64,000 bases of DNA from Octopus bimaculoides (taxonomy: Eukaryota): the NCBI RefSeq assembly GCF_001194135.2, contig NC_068987.1, forward strand, positions 24,455,587 through 24,519,586, given 5' to 3'. The position numbers and the translations under genes are program-made. Below, piece after piece: positions 52,191 through 64,000 of the stretch (position 1 is its first letter; each line of letters begins with the position of its first letter). Below the pieces are notes generated by a model. That model was not told the DNA's origin. It made no database searches and saw only the letters and a program-made list of their open reading frames with translations.

Positions 52191-53528
52191 CAGGTGCAAT
52201 TCTAAGAATAAAGGATTGATTAAAGTGTTTAATGCAATGGCTTAGTGGATTGCACAGCCATGGATGGAAGTGGCAAGTTACTATGTTACAAGAAAAGAAA
52301 TTGTTAAATTAGAGCTGTATGGAATATCAACGAGAAATAGTATATCAGCAGCTAGTTTTTAGAGTGTCTTTCCAAATTACCTGGATATGGTCTAGCAGCA
52401 GTAGATTTTTAGTGATGAGAGCATAACAACAATAGGGGTGTAATTTAGATTTGTAGAGGTTCAGTGATAGGTCAGATATAGAGTATTTCCTGAACCTAAA
52501 ATGGAAGTTTTGTCATTAGAATACATTTCTGGAAATAATAAATGGGAGGAAACCATAGGTTACCAAATTTGCAAAGGAGTTCTCATACGAGATACAATCA
52601 AAGTGAAAGCGACCACAAGTGAGAAAATGAAAGTGATGGTGATGGCTCAGCAGGATCAGAGAGATTGTCTTAATGGAAATGGTAAACACTTTTCAATTTT
52701 ACCCAAACTGAAGTAGATTAAACTTTATTTAAATTTCTGGCTAATTTACAGAGAGTGATGAGGCCAGAACTCACGATTCTGACACCCAGGTTTAAAATGA
52801 CAGAAGATTAAAAAAAAGTGATGTTGTCCTATATGTCAGACATGTCTATGTTACAGAATCATATGGAATGAGCATTGAAACATTGATGTGGATGGTGAAG
52901 ATTCACAAATTATACCATTTGTATTAAAGTTACAGTTACATGGATATTTGGAAGTAAAATATTCAGTATAACTAAGTCATAACAGAATCAGGCTATGGCT
53001 AAAAGAAATCATAAAATTATATAACAACTGAATCATTCTCTAACTTGATACATACATAACAGATATTACATACAAACATGAAAACATGACTATAAAACCT
53101 AAATATTATATGTATATCCAATTATGGTATGATGAAATATTTCCTTTTACTGTTTGTGTACCTATTTGTAACATAAAACCAATACAGTGTTGTTTTCCAT
53201 CTACAAAATACATTTCAGTTATTTACCTTCAAGGTTAAATAGATAAATTTTACAATTTCTCCCTTTCAGAAATGTTAGATGGAATATATGAGTATTTTAA
53301 AAGATTTTCATTTAAATATCACAGTAGTAAATTATGTAACCAGTCAAGATATAGTTGGGGTCATGTAAAACATGGTGCATGTGTTATCACACTTTTATAT
53401 TTTTTGTTATGTGTGAATATATATATTACTATATAAGATATTTCTTTCATAAAATATACCTATTCTTCTGCATGAACCCATACATGTTTAATGAAGTGAC
53501 AGTTTTTGATAGAATCATTTACCAGAGT

Positions 53529-54173
<645 letters not shown>

Positions 54174-54932
54174 TCATATTTTTACTTTATTTCTATCAAA
54201 TATTTTTACTATTATATTTCCATCAATTGCGACCTTCATTACTATTTGAAGATATTGAGAACTACTTTGTAAATCTGTTCAAGTCTAAGGAAAATAAAAT
54301 TCTCTTGTTCAAATTCTTCACAGTCAAGTAGAAAAATGTTACTAATAATGTCTCACAGACAAAATATTTCACTGTAATTCTCACAGCCTTATTTTCCACT
54401 CTGTTTAATATTCTTTGGTCTTTCAAAGATGATAAATATTGATGATGCAGCTGAAGTAAAAATTCTTTTACGCCAAATGTCATCCAATACTCTGAAATAA
54501 TAAAGAAACAGTATAAGGTTCCAAAATTATAGATTCAACAATGGAAATTTTAATATATTTCTATACTGATAAACTATAGACATAAAACATATGTGAACAA
54601 CTGAACTTAACTTTTTAATTAAAATTCCATCAAATAACTTTATGTGAAGTCTACATATTTACAGAGTACAGCTACTCCTTCAGGTTGTGTGATATTATAT
54701 ACATTAGGTAAATGGACTAACATTTTTCTCTCCTCAGAAATATCTGCTGTTGTTCAGTGATAGTTGAGCAAGTTTGGTGCTCGTTGACTAGACCTGTGAT
54801 AAAAAAATATTCCATCCAATCTTAGTCATAAGCATTCAAAATCTAGCTTTACATTATCCAGTGTATACCTCTTTTTTCAAGACTGGCTTAATTTGAGAGA
54901 TATTTGGCTGACATTTCTAGAATATAAATAAA

Positions 54933-54965
<33 letters not shown>

Positions 54966-55051
54966 GTAGGATTGTTTATGCAAATGGCAGAAATAGAATT
55001 TAATACATACAATAGAAGGCTTTTTTGTTTAATCTGTGGGGAAAATCTTGA

Positions 55052-56430
55052 GGTGGGGAGAGGATTTTCGGAAAATTCTCAAGATCCAAGTTTTTCCTCC
55101 TTATATTCTGAAATCACATTCAACTTTCTACAGATACCCTAACGTAGTACCACTACACTACATAGTGTTTATTTCTACCCACTTTCAATAATTTTTAATG
55201 CTTTGGCTTCAATTTTGTTTCATTTTATCTTCAATTATTTTTATGCTTTTTTAACCCTTCCATCGTTATTCTCAATCACTCATTACTTTCTCTCTCTCTC
55301 TCTATCTCTATATATATAAAGAGCTAGATACATATATACATACATATATATATACACACACACATATATATATATATATACACATACATATATATATATA
55401 TCCAGCTATGAGAGAAAAACTTGGATCTTGTGAATTTTCCGAAGTCCTCTCCCCACCCCTTGGAAAAGATTTTACCCACAAATTTCTTTATAATCGTAAT
55501 GTTTGCTGTTTCAAAGGTATTTCTATAAAATTTCATTGAAAAAAACCCTATTCTCCTAAAAGTTATGAGGGAAAAACTCGGATCTTGTGAATTTTCCGAG
55601 GTCCTCTCCCCACCCTTCCGTTGCTTTNNNNNNNNNNNNNNNNNNNNNNNNNNNNNNNNNNNNNNNNNNNNNNNNNNNNNNNNNNNNNNNNNNNNNNNNN
55701 NNNNNNNNNNNNNNNNNNNNNNNNNNNNNNNNNNNNNNNNNNNNNNNNNNNNNNNNNNNNNNNNNNNNNNNNNNNNNNNNNNNNNNNNNNNNNNNNNNNN
55801 NNNNNNNNNNNNNNNNNNNNNNNNNNNNNNNNNNNNNNNNNNNNNNNNNNNNNNNNNNNNNNNNNNNNNNNNNNNNNNNNNNNNNNNNNNNNNNNNNNNN
55901 NNNNNNNNNNNNNNNNNNNNNNNNNNNNNNNNNNNNNNNNNNNNNNNNNNNNNNNNNNNNNNNNNNNNNNNNNNNNNNNNNNNNNNNNNNNNNNNNNNNN
56001 NNNNNNNNNNNNNNNNNNNNNNNNNNNNNNNNNNNNNNNNNNNNNNNNNNNNNNNNNNNNNNNNNNNNNNNNNNNNNNNNNNNNNNNNNNNNNNNNNNNN
56101 NNNNNNNNNNNNNNNNNNNNNNNNNNNNNNNNNNNNNNNNNNNNNNNNNNNNNNNNNNNNNNNNNNNNNNNNNNNNNNNNNNNNNNNNNNNNNNNNNNNN
56201 NNNNNNNNNNNNNNNNNNNNNNNNNNNNNNNNNNNNNNNNNNNNNNNNNNNNNNNNNNNNNNNNNNNNNNNNNNNNNNNNNNNNNNNNNNNNNNNNNNNN
56301 NNNNNNNNNNNNNNNNNNNNNNNNNNNNNNNNNNNNNNNNNNNNNNNNNNNNNNAATATCCATTTTCTTGAAAGTTAAGACGAATTGAAATGGACTCCGG
56401 TGAATTTTCCGAAATTTCCCACCCCACCCC
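55052..56430. repeat. Dispersed 44-bp module in inverted and direct orientation
   Basis: ggtggggagaggattttcggaaaattctcaagatccaagttttt (55052-55095); reverse copies at 55414-55457 and 55571-55614; partial copy at 56391-56430. Confidence 0.8.
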
Positions 56431-56569
56431 CTCCTAAAACATTTCCCCCAAAAATTTTGTATATTCGGAATCTACATGATATAACACATATTCGTAGAAA
56501 ATTTCATTAAAAAAATATCCATTTTTCTGAAAGTTATGATCATCCAAATCGGGGTGAGGGAATCTGTAG

Positions 56570-57450
56570 TTATACCTCATGTCCGACGTCCTCTCCCGTA
56601 CATACCGGAAAAAAGAAATTAATACCGTTCTTTGATATCATTTCTTAGGCAACATTAAAATTAACACTAACGAAATTGGAGAGATGCGTTTCTGAAGAAG
56701 CTCCATTTCTTATCTTTAAATAGGCTCAACTAATTAACATTAAAATGTGTTGTTTGTCACGGAGATGGAGTTTGAATTATTTTCATATACCCCAAGAAAA
56801 AATTATATTTTCCCACTTCAGTAAATGTATAATTGTATCAATATTTACTAACATCGCGCTTCATTCATCACTTCTTGTGGAAGTGTTGATTACATATTTC
56901 ATATTAGACACACAAAGAGCATTAATAGTTTGTGTTTACTATCAACTAAAGATTAAACAAATTGTGTCAATACTCGTAAAATTTCGTTTGTCAGTCTACA
57001 ACTGTATATTACACACACACACATATATATATAATCGGTCATCAAAGACATTTTATATCGAAAGTAACACCCAATACTGGGTTTTCAAACAACAGATCAC
57101 TAATTGAGTTTAATTAGAAGTGTGGTCTCGTACATCAAAGTCAGAACGCAGAAATATTCTATATCTTTTTCAAATGGTGCTACGTACTTTCACTTCTATA
57201 TTATTATTGTATGCTAGAAGTAAGACGTAATTCTATTATTTATAGCCTTAAGGCAAATCTTCGTAAACTTACCGTTGTTAGATATAAACAGTGAATCAGT
57301 GTGTTGTGCCAGTGTGTAAACCAAGGAAATTAAAGTGGTGCTTTGGTTGTAAAATTGCTGCTAGGTAAAGATTTCGATTTATTTAAGTGAATCTCCGCTA
57401 CGTTAACGTCCATGTTACTTCTTCCGGTTTTAGCGATAAATTCGTAAGTT
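56570..57450. promoter_or_regulatory. Candidate bidirectional promoter for G7 and predicted G8
   Basis: CpG-richer, with TTCCGG (Ets-like) motifs near both ends, each followed by a plausible donor (gag|gtataa minus at about 56576; tc|gtaagt plus at about 57445). Inference only. Confidence 0.35.
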
Positions 57451-57607
57451 GTGAAAATTACGTAGTAAAGCTGGCATTATTTTGCTCACGTAAACACACA
57501 TAGGTATGTTGATCCAGATAGAACTCAAAATATGAGTATACGTATATTTTTATTAATATTTTTCAGAAGTAACAAAGTGACTTAAGATCCGAGTGTATAT
57601 ATATTAA

Positions 57608-58038
57608 AGTTTATGGGATTACCTTAGGTTTCACGTCCATAAATGGCATAGCTTTATGGCGATACCTACATAAACAGGAACAAGCGCTGTAAATTAAGCA
57701 TAGCGGAATGGGTGAGGATCCTAAAGGACTCCCTCGACTCAGGGAACATCCTTAACTCCAGAACGGAGATCTTCGGACCATGTTTACATTTCAAGAAATT
57801 CCTGCTGGCCCGTTTGAACATTAAGGATGGCAGGTTCACCGGCATCTATAGCCAAAGGGAAACAATCCTCTTTGTTGACATTGAGTAGCAGGGTCCTTTT
57901 CTCCTTCTATATTCTAGAGAGGCCACTCCCTGAGCGACCTTACGCCAACATGTTTTGAGATCTTATGATACGCCATAAAGCTAAGCCCTTTATGGACGTG
58001 AAACCTAAGGTGATCCCATAAACCGGCCTTATCTAACT
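57608..58038. mobile_element. MITE with about 60-bp TIRs and TTAA TSD (Kolobok- or piggyBac-like)
   Basis: ttaa|agtttatgggattaccttaggtttcacgtccataaa ... tttatggacgtgaaacctaaggtgatcccataaac...aact|ttaa; AG termini favour Kolobok. Confidence 0.75.
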
Positions 58039-59350
58039 TTAATATATACTGCTCTGTAACTTAGAATGATTTTACAGACGATCCATACATACATATAGGG
58101 CTTTCCTATAAGGTGTTATCCACCCCTGATTGGAACTCTCCCGTATGACATGTACGCATGCTCAGTGACTTGCTTTAACAGTTGCAATCAGCTGAATGCA
58201 CTTTGCCAGTGACATTTGACATAATTACCCACACTCTGTGGTCAGGTTTCTTTTTTTGGTTTGATGTCAGTATCGAAGGGATTACCAGACACCGGACAAT
58301 ACAGTGAGAGCAGCTTTCACTCACATCGTGGTATTCGATGCTGTGTACGTGTCTGTCGTGGTAAAATATGCCACTCCTTAACTGTTGCTTTGATTTCATC
58401 CGTAGCACGAGGTAATTATGTCATTNNNNNNNNNNNNNNNNNNNNNNNNNNNNNNNNNNNNNNNNNNNNNNNNNNNNNNNNNNNNNNNNNNNNNNNNNNN
58501 NNNNNNNNNNNNNNNNNNNNNNNNNNNNNNNNNNNNNNNNNNNNNNNNNNNNNNNNNNNNNNNNNNNNNNNNNNNNNNNNNNNNNNNNNNNNNNNNNNNN
58601 NNNNNNNNNNNNNNNNNNNNNNNNNNNNNNNNNNNNNNNNNNNNNNNNNNNNNNNNNNNNNNNNNNNNNNNNNNNNNNNNNNNNNNNNNNNNNNNNNNNN
58701 NNNNNNNNNNNNNNNNNNNNNNNNNNNNNNNNNNNNNNNNNNNNNNNNNNNNNNNNNNNNNNNNNNNNNNNNNNNNNNNNNNNNNNNNNNNNNNNNNNNN
58801 NNNNNNNNNNNNNNNNNNNNNNNNNNNNNNNNNNNNNNNNNNNNNNNNNNNNNNNNNNNNNNNNNNNNNNNNNNNNNNNNNNNNNNNNNNNNNNNNNNNN
58901 NNNNNNNNNNNNNNNNNNNNNNNNNNNNNNNNNNNNNNNNNNNNNNNNNNNNNNNNNNNNNNNNNNNNNNNNNNNNNNNNNNNNNNNNNNNNNNNNNNNN
59001 NNNNNNNNNNNNNNNNNNNNNNNNNNNNNNNNNNNNNNNNNNNNNNNNNNNNNNNNNNNNNNNNNNNNNNNNNNNNNNNNNNNNNNNNNNNNNNNNNNNN
59101 NNNNNNNNNNNNNNNNNNNNNNNNNNNNNNNNNNNNNNNNNNNNNNNNNNNNNNNNNNNNNNNNNNNNNNNNNNNNNNNNNNNNNNNNNNNNNNNNNNNN
59201 NNNNNNNNNNNNNNNNNNNNNNNNNNNNNNNNNNNNNNNNNNNNNNNNNNNNNNNNNNNNNNNNNNNNNNNNNNNNNNNNNNNNNNNNNNNNNNNNNNNN
59301 NNNNNNNNNNNNNNNNNNNNNNNNNNNNNNNNNNNNNNNNNNNNNNNNNN

Positions 59351-59535
59351 CCCATGAATGGATGTCAGACAATTTTTACGATCACTAAACTTTGGACTCC
59401 AAACTCTCTAGAATTAAATACCATGGACTACTATATTTGACGCGTTATTGAAAGGGACTCGGCATCCTCATAATACCCTAGCTTCCTTGAGGGCTGCCAT
59501 TGTCCAACCGAAATTAATAAGAACCATTTAGTGCA
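59351..59535 (+). mobile_element. Tc1/mariner (maT/DD37D-like) transposase C-terminal fragment
   Basis: HEWMSDNFYDH; NSLELNTMDYYI (cf. WPPNSPDLNPLDY); HPHNTLASLRAAI. Confidence 0.6.
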
Positions 59536-59897
59536 GTTGTAGTGAACACTTCTCTCACTAGTATATATATTCAAGTGCGGGCGTAGTAGAGAGCAGCTTG
59601 CTGTGTCATCACCTGACTGACTATTATTTACGCGGCAATTGTCTCCAGTTCATTTGCCGCCAGGACGCAAATCGACCAACCACAGCCATTAATAAGGTCA
59701 CGTGAGAGAGTATTTTTCTGATGATTCTGGAGCCCCTATATAAATAGCCCTAATTATCCGCGTCAATTCGTCGCGGCTCAGATCTTCTAAGATCTGGTCG
59801 TTTGACCACACGCGTAACACAGCCAGCCAGTATAACACCAATTAGCCAGTCCAGCGACGACATCAACACCCTCGTTCAACTACGACTACCAGCATCG

Positions 59898-60497
59898 GGA
59901 TCTATTTCGAAACGGGGGCACCAGTTTTCATTTATGTTTTATGTAGTGTTTTTGGTACCGAAAGACTTTCAAACTTCGTATACTTATCTATTTTGTGTTA
60001 TAGAACAGAAAAAAATTTTTGTATTCGAATTTATTTCATGTAAAAAATTGTCTTATTTCGATAATTTCTACTAATCACTGATGTCTATTCAGTTGAAAAC
60101 AGTTAGCGCTGTAACGGTGTATATTGTATTAATCCCCTAACCCTAACCCTAAAACTAACCCGAACTCTAGAATTGTTACACACATAGATACGCACAGCGT
60201 AATTTATTATATAAACAATATATGCGTATAAATTACGATTAAACCGGATGAAATATGTCACAGGGAATAGCATTTTTATGACCGCCCAGCAGTAACTCTA
60301 TTCAGCTGAATAGACGTCAGTGATTGGTTGAAATTACAGAAATACGACAACTTTAACATGGAATAACTTGTGATGTACGTTTTTTTGTTAAGAAGACTAA
60401 GAGTAAAAGATGTTTTATATGACACATTCTACCAGTGTCCCAAGTTTCAAAGTGTTTCGTTAAGAAAATACTGGTGCCCCCGTTTTGAAATAGATCC
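59898..60497. mobile_element. 600-bp MITE with about 30-bp TIRs and 9-bp TSD (Merlin- or MULE-like)
   Basis: TIR ggatctatttcgaaacgggggcaccagt / actggtgcccccgttttgaaatagatcc; TSD ccagcatcg at 59889-59897 and 60498-60506; internal (CCCTAA)n. Confidence 0.85.
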
Positions 60498-62424
60498 CCA
60501 GCATCGTCCCCACCAGCGTCAACATGATTTCTACACGTACACAAGCTACCAACAGCTAACCGCAGCTTCTCAATCCTGTTTGTGTGATTTGCTCACCACG
60601 AAAATAACAGCCAGAACTCAGCCTGCGAGAAATCATCTGTATCAAGAATCCGGCGCGGCATAGAAGCCCCAACATCACGACACGTGACTTAGCTCTGCCT
60701 TAACCTCTTACATACAGATTATCAATACTACGGTGTACCTTAACAGAATTGGTATATTCTTATACGTGTTACTGACTCTTTACTATGTATCTCTTACATT
60801 CACATACATGTATTACTTGCACACACGCTTTTGTTTACATGACTTTGTCTTATATTGTGTTTCATTATGTCGCATTCACACACACACAGACTTACAGTTT
60901 AATGCTCCAATAAATATTACTGTTATACATCTTTATCGGTTGCGTTCCTGTCGTCTTCCTTACTGGCATTTCTTAGTTCTCTATGTTATAGAATTATAAC
61001 ATATTATCATTCATATATTTTTGTGTTGACCGTGTGACGCGTTAAAAAGGAGCCTGTTTTCCATTCGTCACCATTTCTCCTTTGGTTCGCACGGTCGTTC
61101 TTACACAGTCATGTTTGTCAACGATTTCGGTACCACATTGAAGCAGTCATCAAAACTCAAGGCAGATTCGCAAAATAATCTTATAAGAAAGTTTATCGAA
61201 AATAAACAGACATTCTTATTTATATGCATTTTGTTTTTGAAAGATTATAATTGTTTTATTAAATTACCAGCTATGTCCTCGAGTACCTCTCACACCTGTG
61301 TGTGTGAGATTCTACATATCTTAATCATGTAGACATACTGTTGAAAGCCACAAAACTGCGGCATTTGTCTTGAGATAGCATCTCATATACATATAGTGCT
61401 AAAAAGCTCAGAAGTATATCAGTTGCAGAAGAAAAATGTCCAGCTTTCTTGTCTGATCAAAATAATTATAACACGCAAATGCAGTTTATATTACAGTATT
61501 TTTAAAAAACATTCCAGTGGCGCCTTTGCATTGGTGTGTATTATTTCTGTTGGAAGTGTAATTTTTTTTATTGCTTGCGAGTGAATATATCTTTTGCCCT
61601 TTTTATTGAAATTCAAATCTCCATTTGATTATGAAAAATAAATTAGTAGACATCAATAAAGAACTATCATAATTAATTATTATATCACTATATATTAGCC
61701 GAAGACTTTAGCATCACCACATTACTTACAAATGTTTCTGCGTCACAGAAATGTTTAGAATTTTAACTTTAACTCATTCTTACTTCTGGTTGCTCTGATT
61801 TTCTTATTGTTTTTTAAAATGCTTATTCGAAAAATTTTACAAAAATATTAACGCTACTGCAAAGGGTATATATATTTTTATGTCGTTGAATAAAAAGATT
61901 ACCGTGTTGGTGATAATTATACAATATTTAGGGTAAAGCAATACGTATATTGGTTAGAAGACTATATTTAAAGGTATTTTTAAAATAGAGATATAGTTAC
62001 TTCCCCTGATAGTTTCTTGTTAAAACTTCTCAAATATTCCTGTTCATTTCTTCTTATTGTTCGATAAACATCTTATTTACTCAAATCCAGTTTACAACTG
62101 ACACTTAGGGAATCGAATTATATAAAGATGATCGATATTTACCTCTATAAAGAATACATGCAACATTCTTAAGTACATTGACTTGAAAATGGAAATTAAT
62201 GCTTGAGGTAAAAATTTTCTTGACGCTGGCATTGTTCACTCTGTCTGTTTAAATACATTGTGACATCTTTCTCTTGGATCTATTTTAATATGTAAGTATA
62301 ATTTATATAAACGGTCTTTGTTGTTTACATGTCATAATACGCACATCTCTGTTTTGACGTGTTCGATAAAAGTAAAAAGAAATGGAAATAAAGAAGAAAT
62401 TTCACGAAGGTAAGGATGTAGTGA

Positions 62425-62759
62425 GACGCAAAAGTGGCTGTGTGGTAAGAAGCTTGCTTCCCAACCATATGGTTCCGGGTTCAGTCCCATTGCGTGGCAC
62501 TTGTCTTCTATTGTAACCGCGAGTTGACCAAAGCCTTGTGAGTGGATTTGGTAAGCGGAAAATGAAAGAAGCTTATATATACATACACAGGTGTGTTTTT
62601 GTGTTTGTCTCCCACAACCCCTTGACAACCGGTGTTGGTGTGTTTACGTGCCCGTAACTTCGGCAAAAGAGACTAATATGATACGTACCAGGCTTGAAAA
62701 TCTTCAAGGTTGTGCCCCAGCATGGCCGCAATCTAATGAGTGAAACAAAAGATAAAAGA
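62425..62759 (+). mobile_element. SINE family A
   Basis: Matches 51799-52190 with small deletions. Confidence 0.85.
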
Positions 62760-63899
62760 TGTTTTCCAATTGACACTCCATTCTGATATTCATTATTCCC
62801 CACATCTTTGAACAGAAAGATAATGTTTATCTTTAATCATATGAATTCATTCTCTTGTTTAAGTATATTTCACCTTTATTTGTACCATGAAAACTTGACT
62901 TATAGCTCCACACTGTATGCATTCATCAAAATATCTCTTTCACTGGCATATCTATACAAGTCTGCTCCCCAACTTTGTTTCCTTATAACTTTCAGATAAT
63001 AGATGTTCTTTAATGAAAAATTTCAGAATCACTTTTCAGATGCTAAAGATTACAGTTACATAAATTTGTTGTGAAAAATTTTTTCGGGAGGTGGTGGATA
63101 ATTCGCATGAGTTGACTTTGTGACATACCTACACAGTTGTGCAATGCCCTCATCCTTATTTACTCTCCTCTAACTCATGTACACAATCTTAGAACTATGT
63201 TCCTTCCATCACCTTTGAACAGTGTGTACTGGTGTTAGCTTTAATCCTTACCAGTTGTCATCAAGCTGTCCAAATGTCCCTGACCCAACAAACCAACTCA
63301 CCATTTCTTGACCATTTTTGTATCTTTAGGAAATCTTTCAAATAACTTCCAGGTACTTTTCTTTCATTAAAATGAAATGAAATAAAGGCATTTTCATGAT
63401 TATCTGACTTACACATCTTTTTATAGACAATTTATATATTCATACATTTTACTGGTTTCATTCACGGAACTTTAGCCATGCTGGGACATTGCTTTTAAAA
63501 GTTTAGTTGGCTTAAGCAGCTCCAGTAATAATTTCCGTCTGGTAATTATTTTATTGAGTCTATTTGTCAAACTGCTAACTGATGGGATATAAAGTGATGC
63601 AACATATATTAAATGTAGGCAGTCACACAATCAAACACACACACACATGCATGTACATTGTTCATAGACATTTGTTAGAGTTTTCTATCAACCAAATTCC
63701 ATTAACAAAGTATTGGGTATAAGAAAAGGCACATGTTCAAGGTGCTATAGTGTGGGGTTAAACCCAGAACCAAATGGTCACACAGTGACATTAACAAACA
63801 CAGGCATGCCTGTGACTATACATCTTTTCTCTGTGGATATTTTCTCTCTCTTCCTTGTTGTTCTATCTTTCAATATCTCTGGTTAAATGTCTTCTAACG

Positions 63900-64000
63900 T
63901 CCTTTGTATTGACTTTTAATTGTCTCATATTATACTGTCTCTATCTTTCAGTTATCTGGTATCATTGATGTGACAATTTCTCACACAACTAATTTGTGAA
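63900..64000 (+). other. Splice acceptor and start of the coding exon of a predicted eighth ZNF gene (G1 subfamily)
   Basis: ttgtctcat..atactgtctctatctttcag|ttatctggtatcattgatgtgacaatttctcac aligns with G1 ttgtctcat..atactatctctgtatttcag|gttatctggttacattgatttgacaaattctcac. Confidence 0.65.

Noticed and set aside
60135-60165. (CCCTAA)n as a telomere or interstitial telomere
   Set aside because: Only about 3 units, inside a TIR/TSD-bounded MITE
59538-61001. LTR-like segment (TG start, TATA-like and AATAAA motifs, ACA end) hosting the 600-bp MITE
   Set aside because: No matching terminal IR or TSD; identity unresolved

Overview
AT-rich, repeat-dense animal genomic DNA with 8 assembly gaps. It is almost certainly from an octopus (inference from the [17 protein letters not shown]-type finger arrays and the SINE families). 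The window is part of a tandem C2H2 zinc-finger gene cluster: six intact ZNF ORFs each in one coding exon (G1 1257-2369 -, G3 14953-16557 -, G4 25546-26709 +, G5 33571-35100 -, G6 42271-43641 +, G7 53529-54134 -) and one RTE-interrupted pseudogene (G2, 5815-7341 -). A conserved splice acceptor at 63951 predicts an eighth gene whose ORF lies just beyond the window. No KRAB, SCAN, BTB or ZAD domain is visible. From G3 onward the genes alternate in orientation, with convergent paralog pairs (G4/G5, G6/G7) and divergent promoters between subfamilies. Intergenic and intronic DNA holds decayed RTE, CR1-like, R4/Dong-like and Penelope-like retroelements, Tc1/mariner and hAT relics, MITEs, a solo LTR and at least four SINE-like families. 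Most notable: minimal hammerhead-ribozyme motifs (in both terminal repeats of a Penelope element and in a short tRNA-headed element), a PHD-like finger inside an RTE reverse transcriptase, a 161-bp near-perfect hairpin between two divergent ZNF genes, and a ZNF gene whose ancestral start is dead but is apparently rescued by an out-of-frame ATG. Expanded clustered C2H2 genes in octopus are established knowledge, and no new system is proven here. Repeat boundaries are approximate (read by eye) unless a TSD is given.
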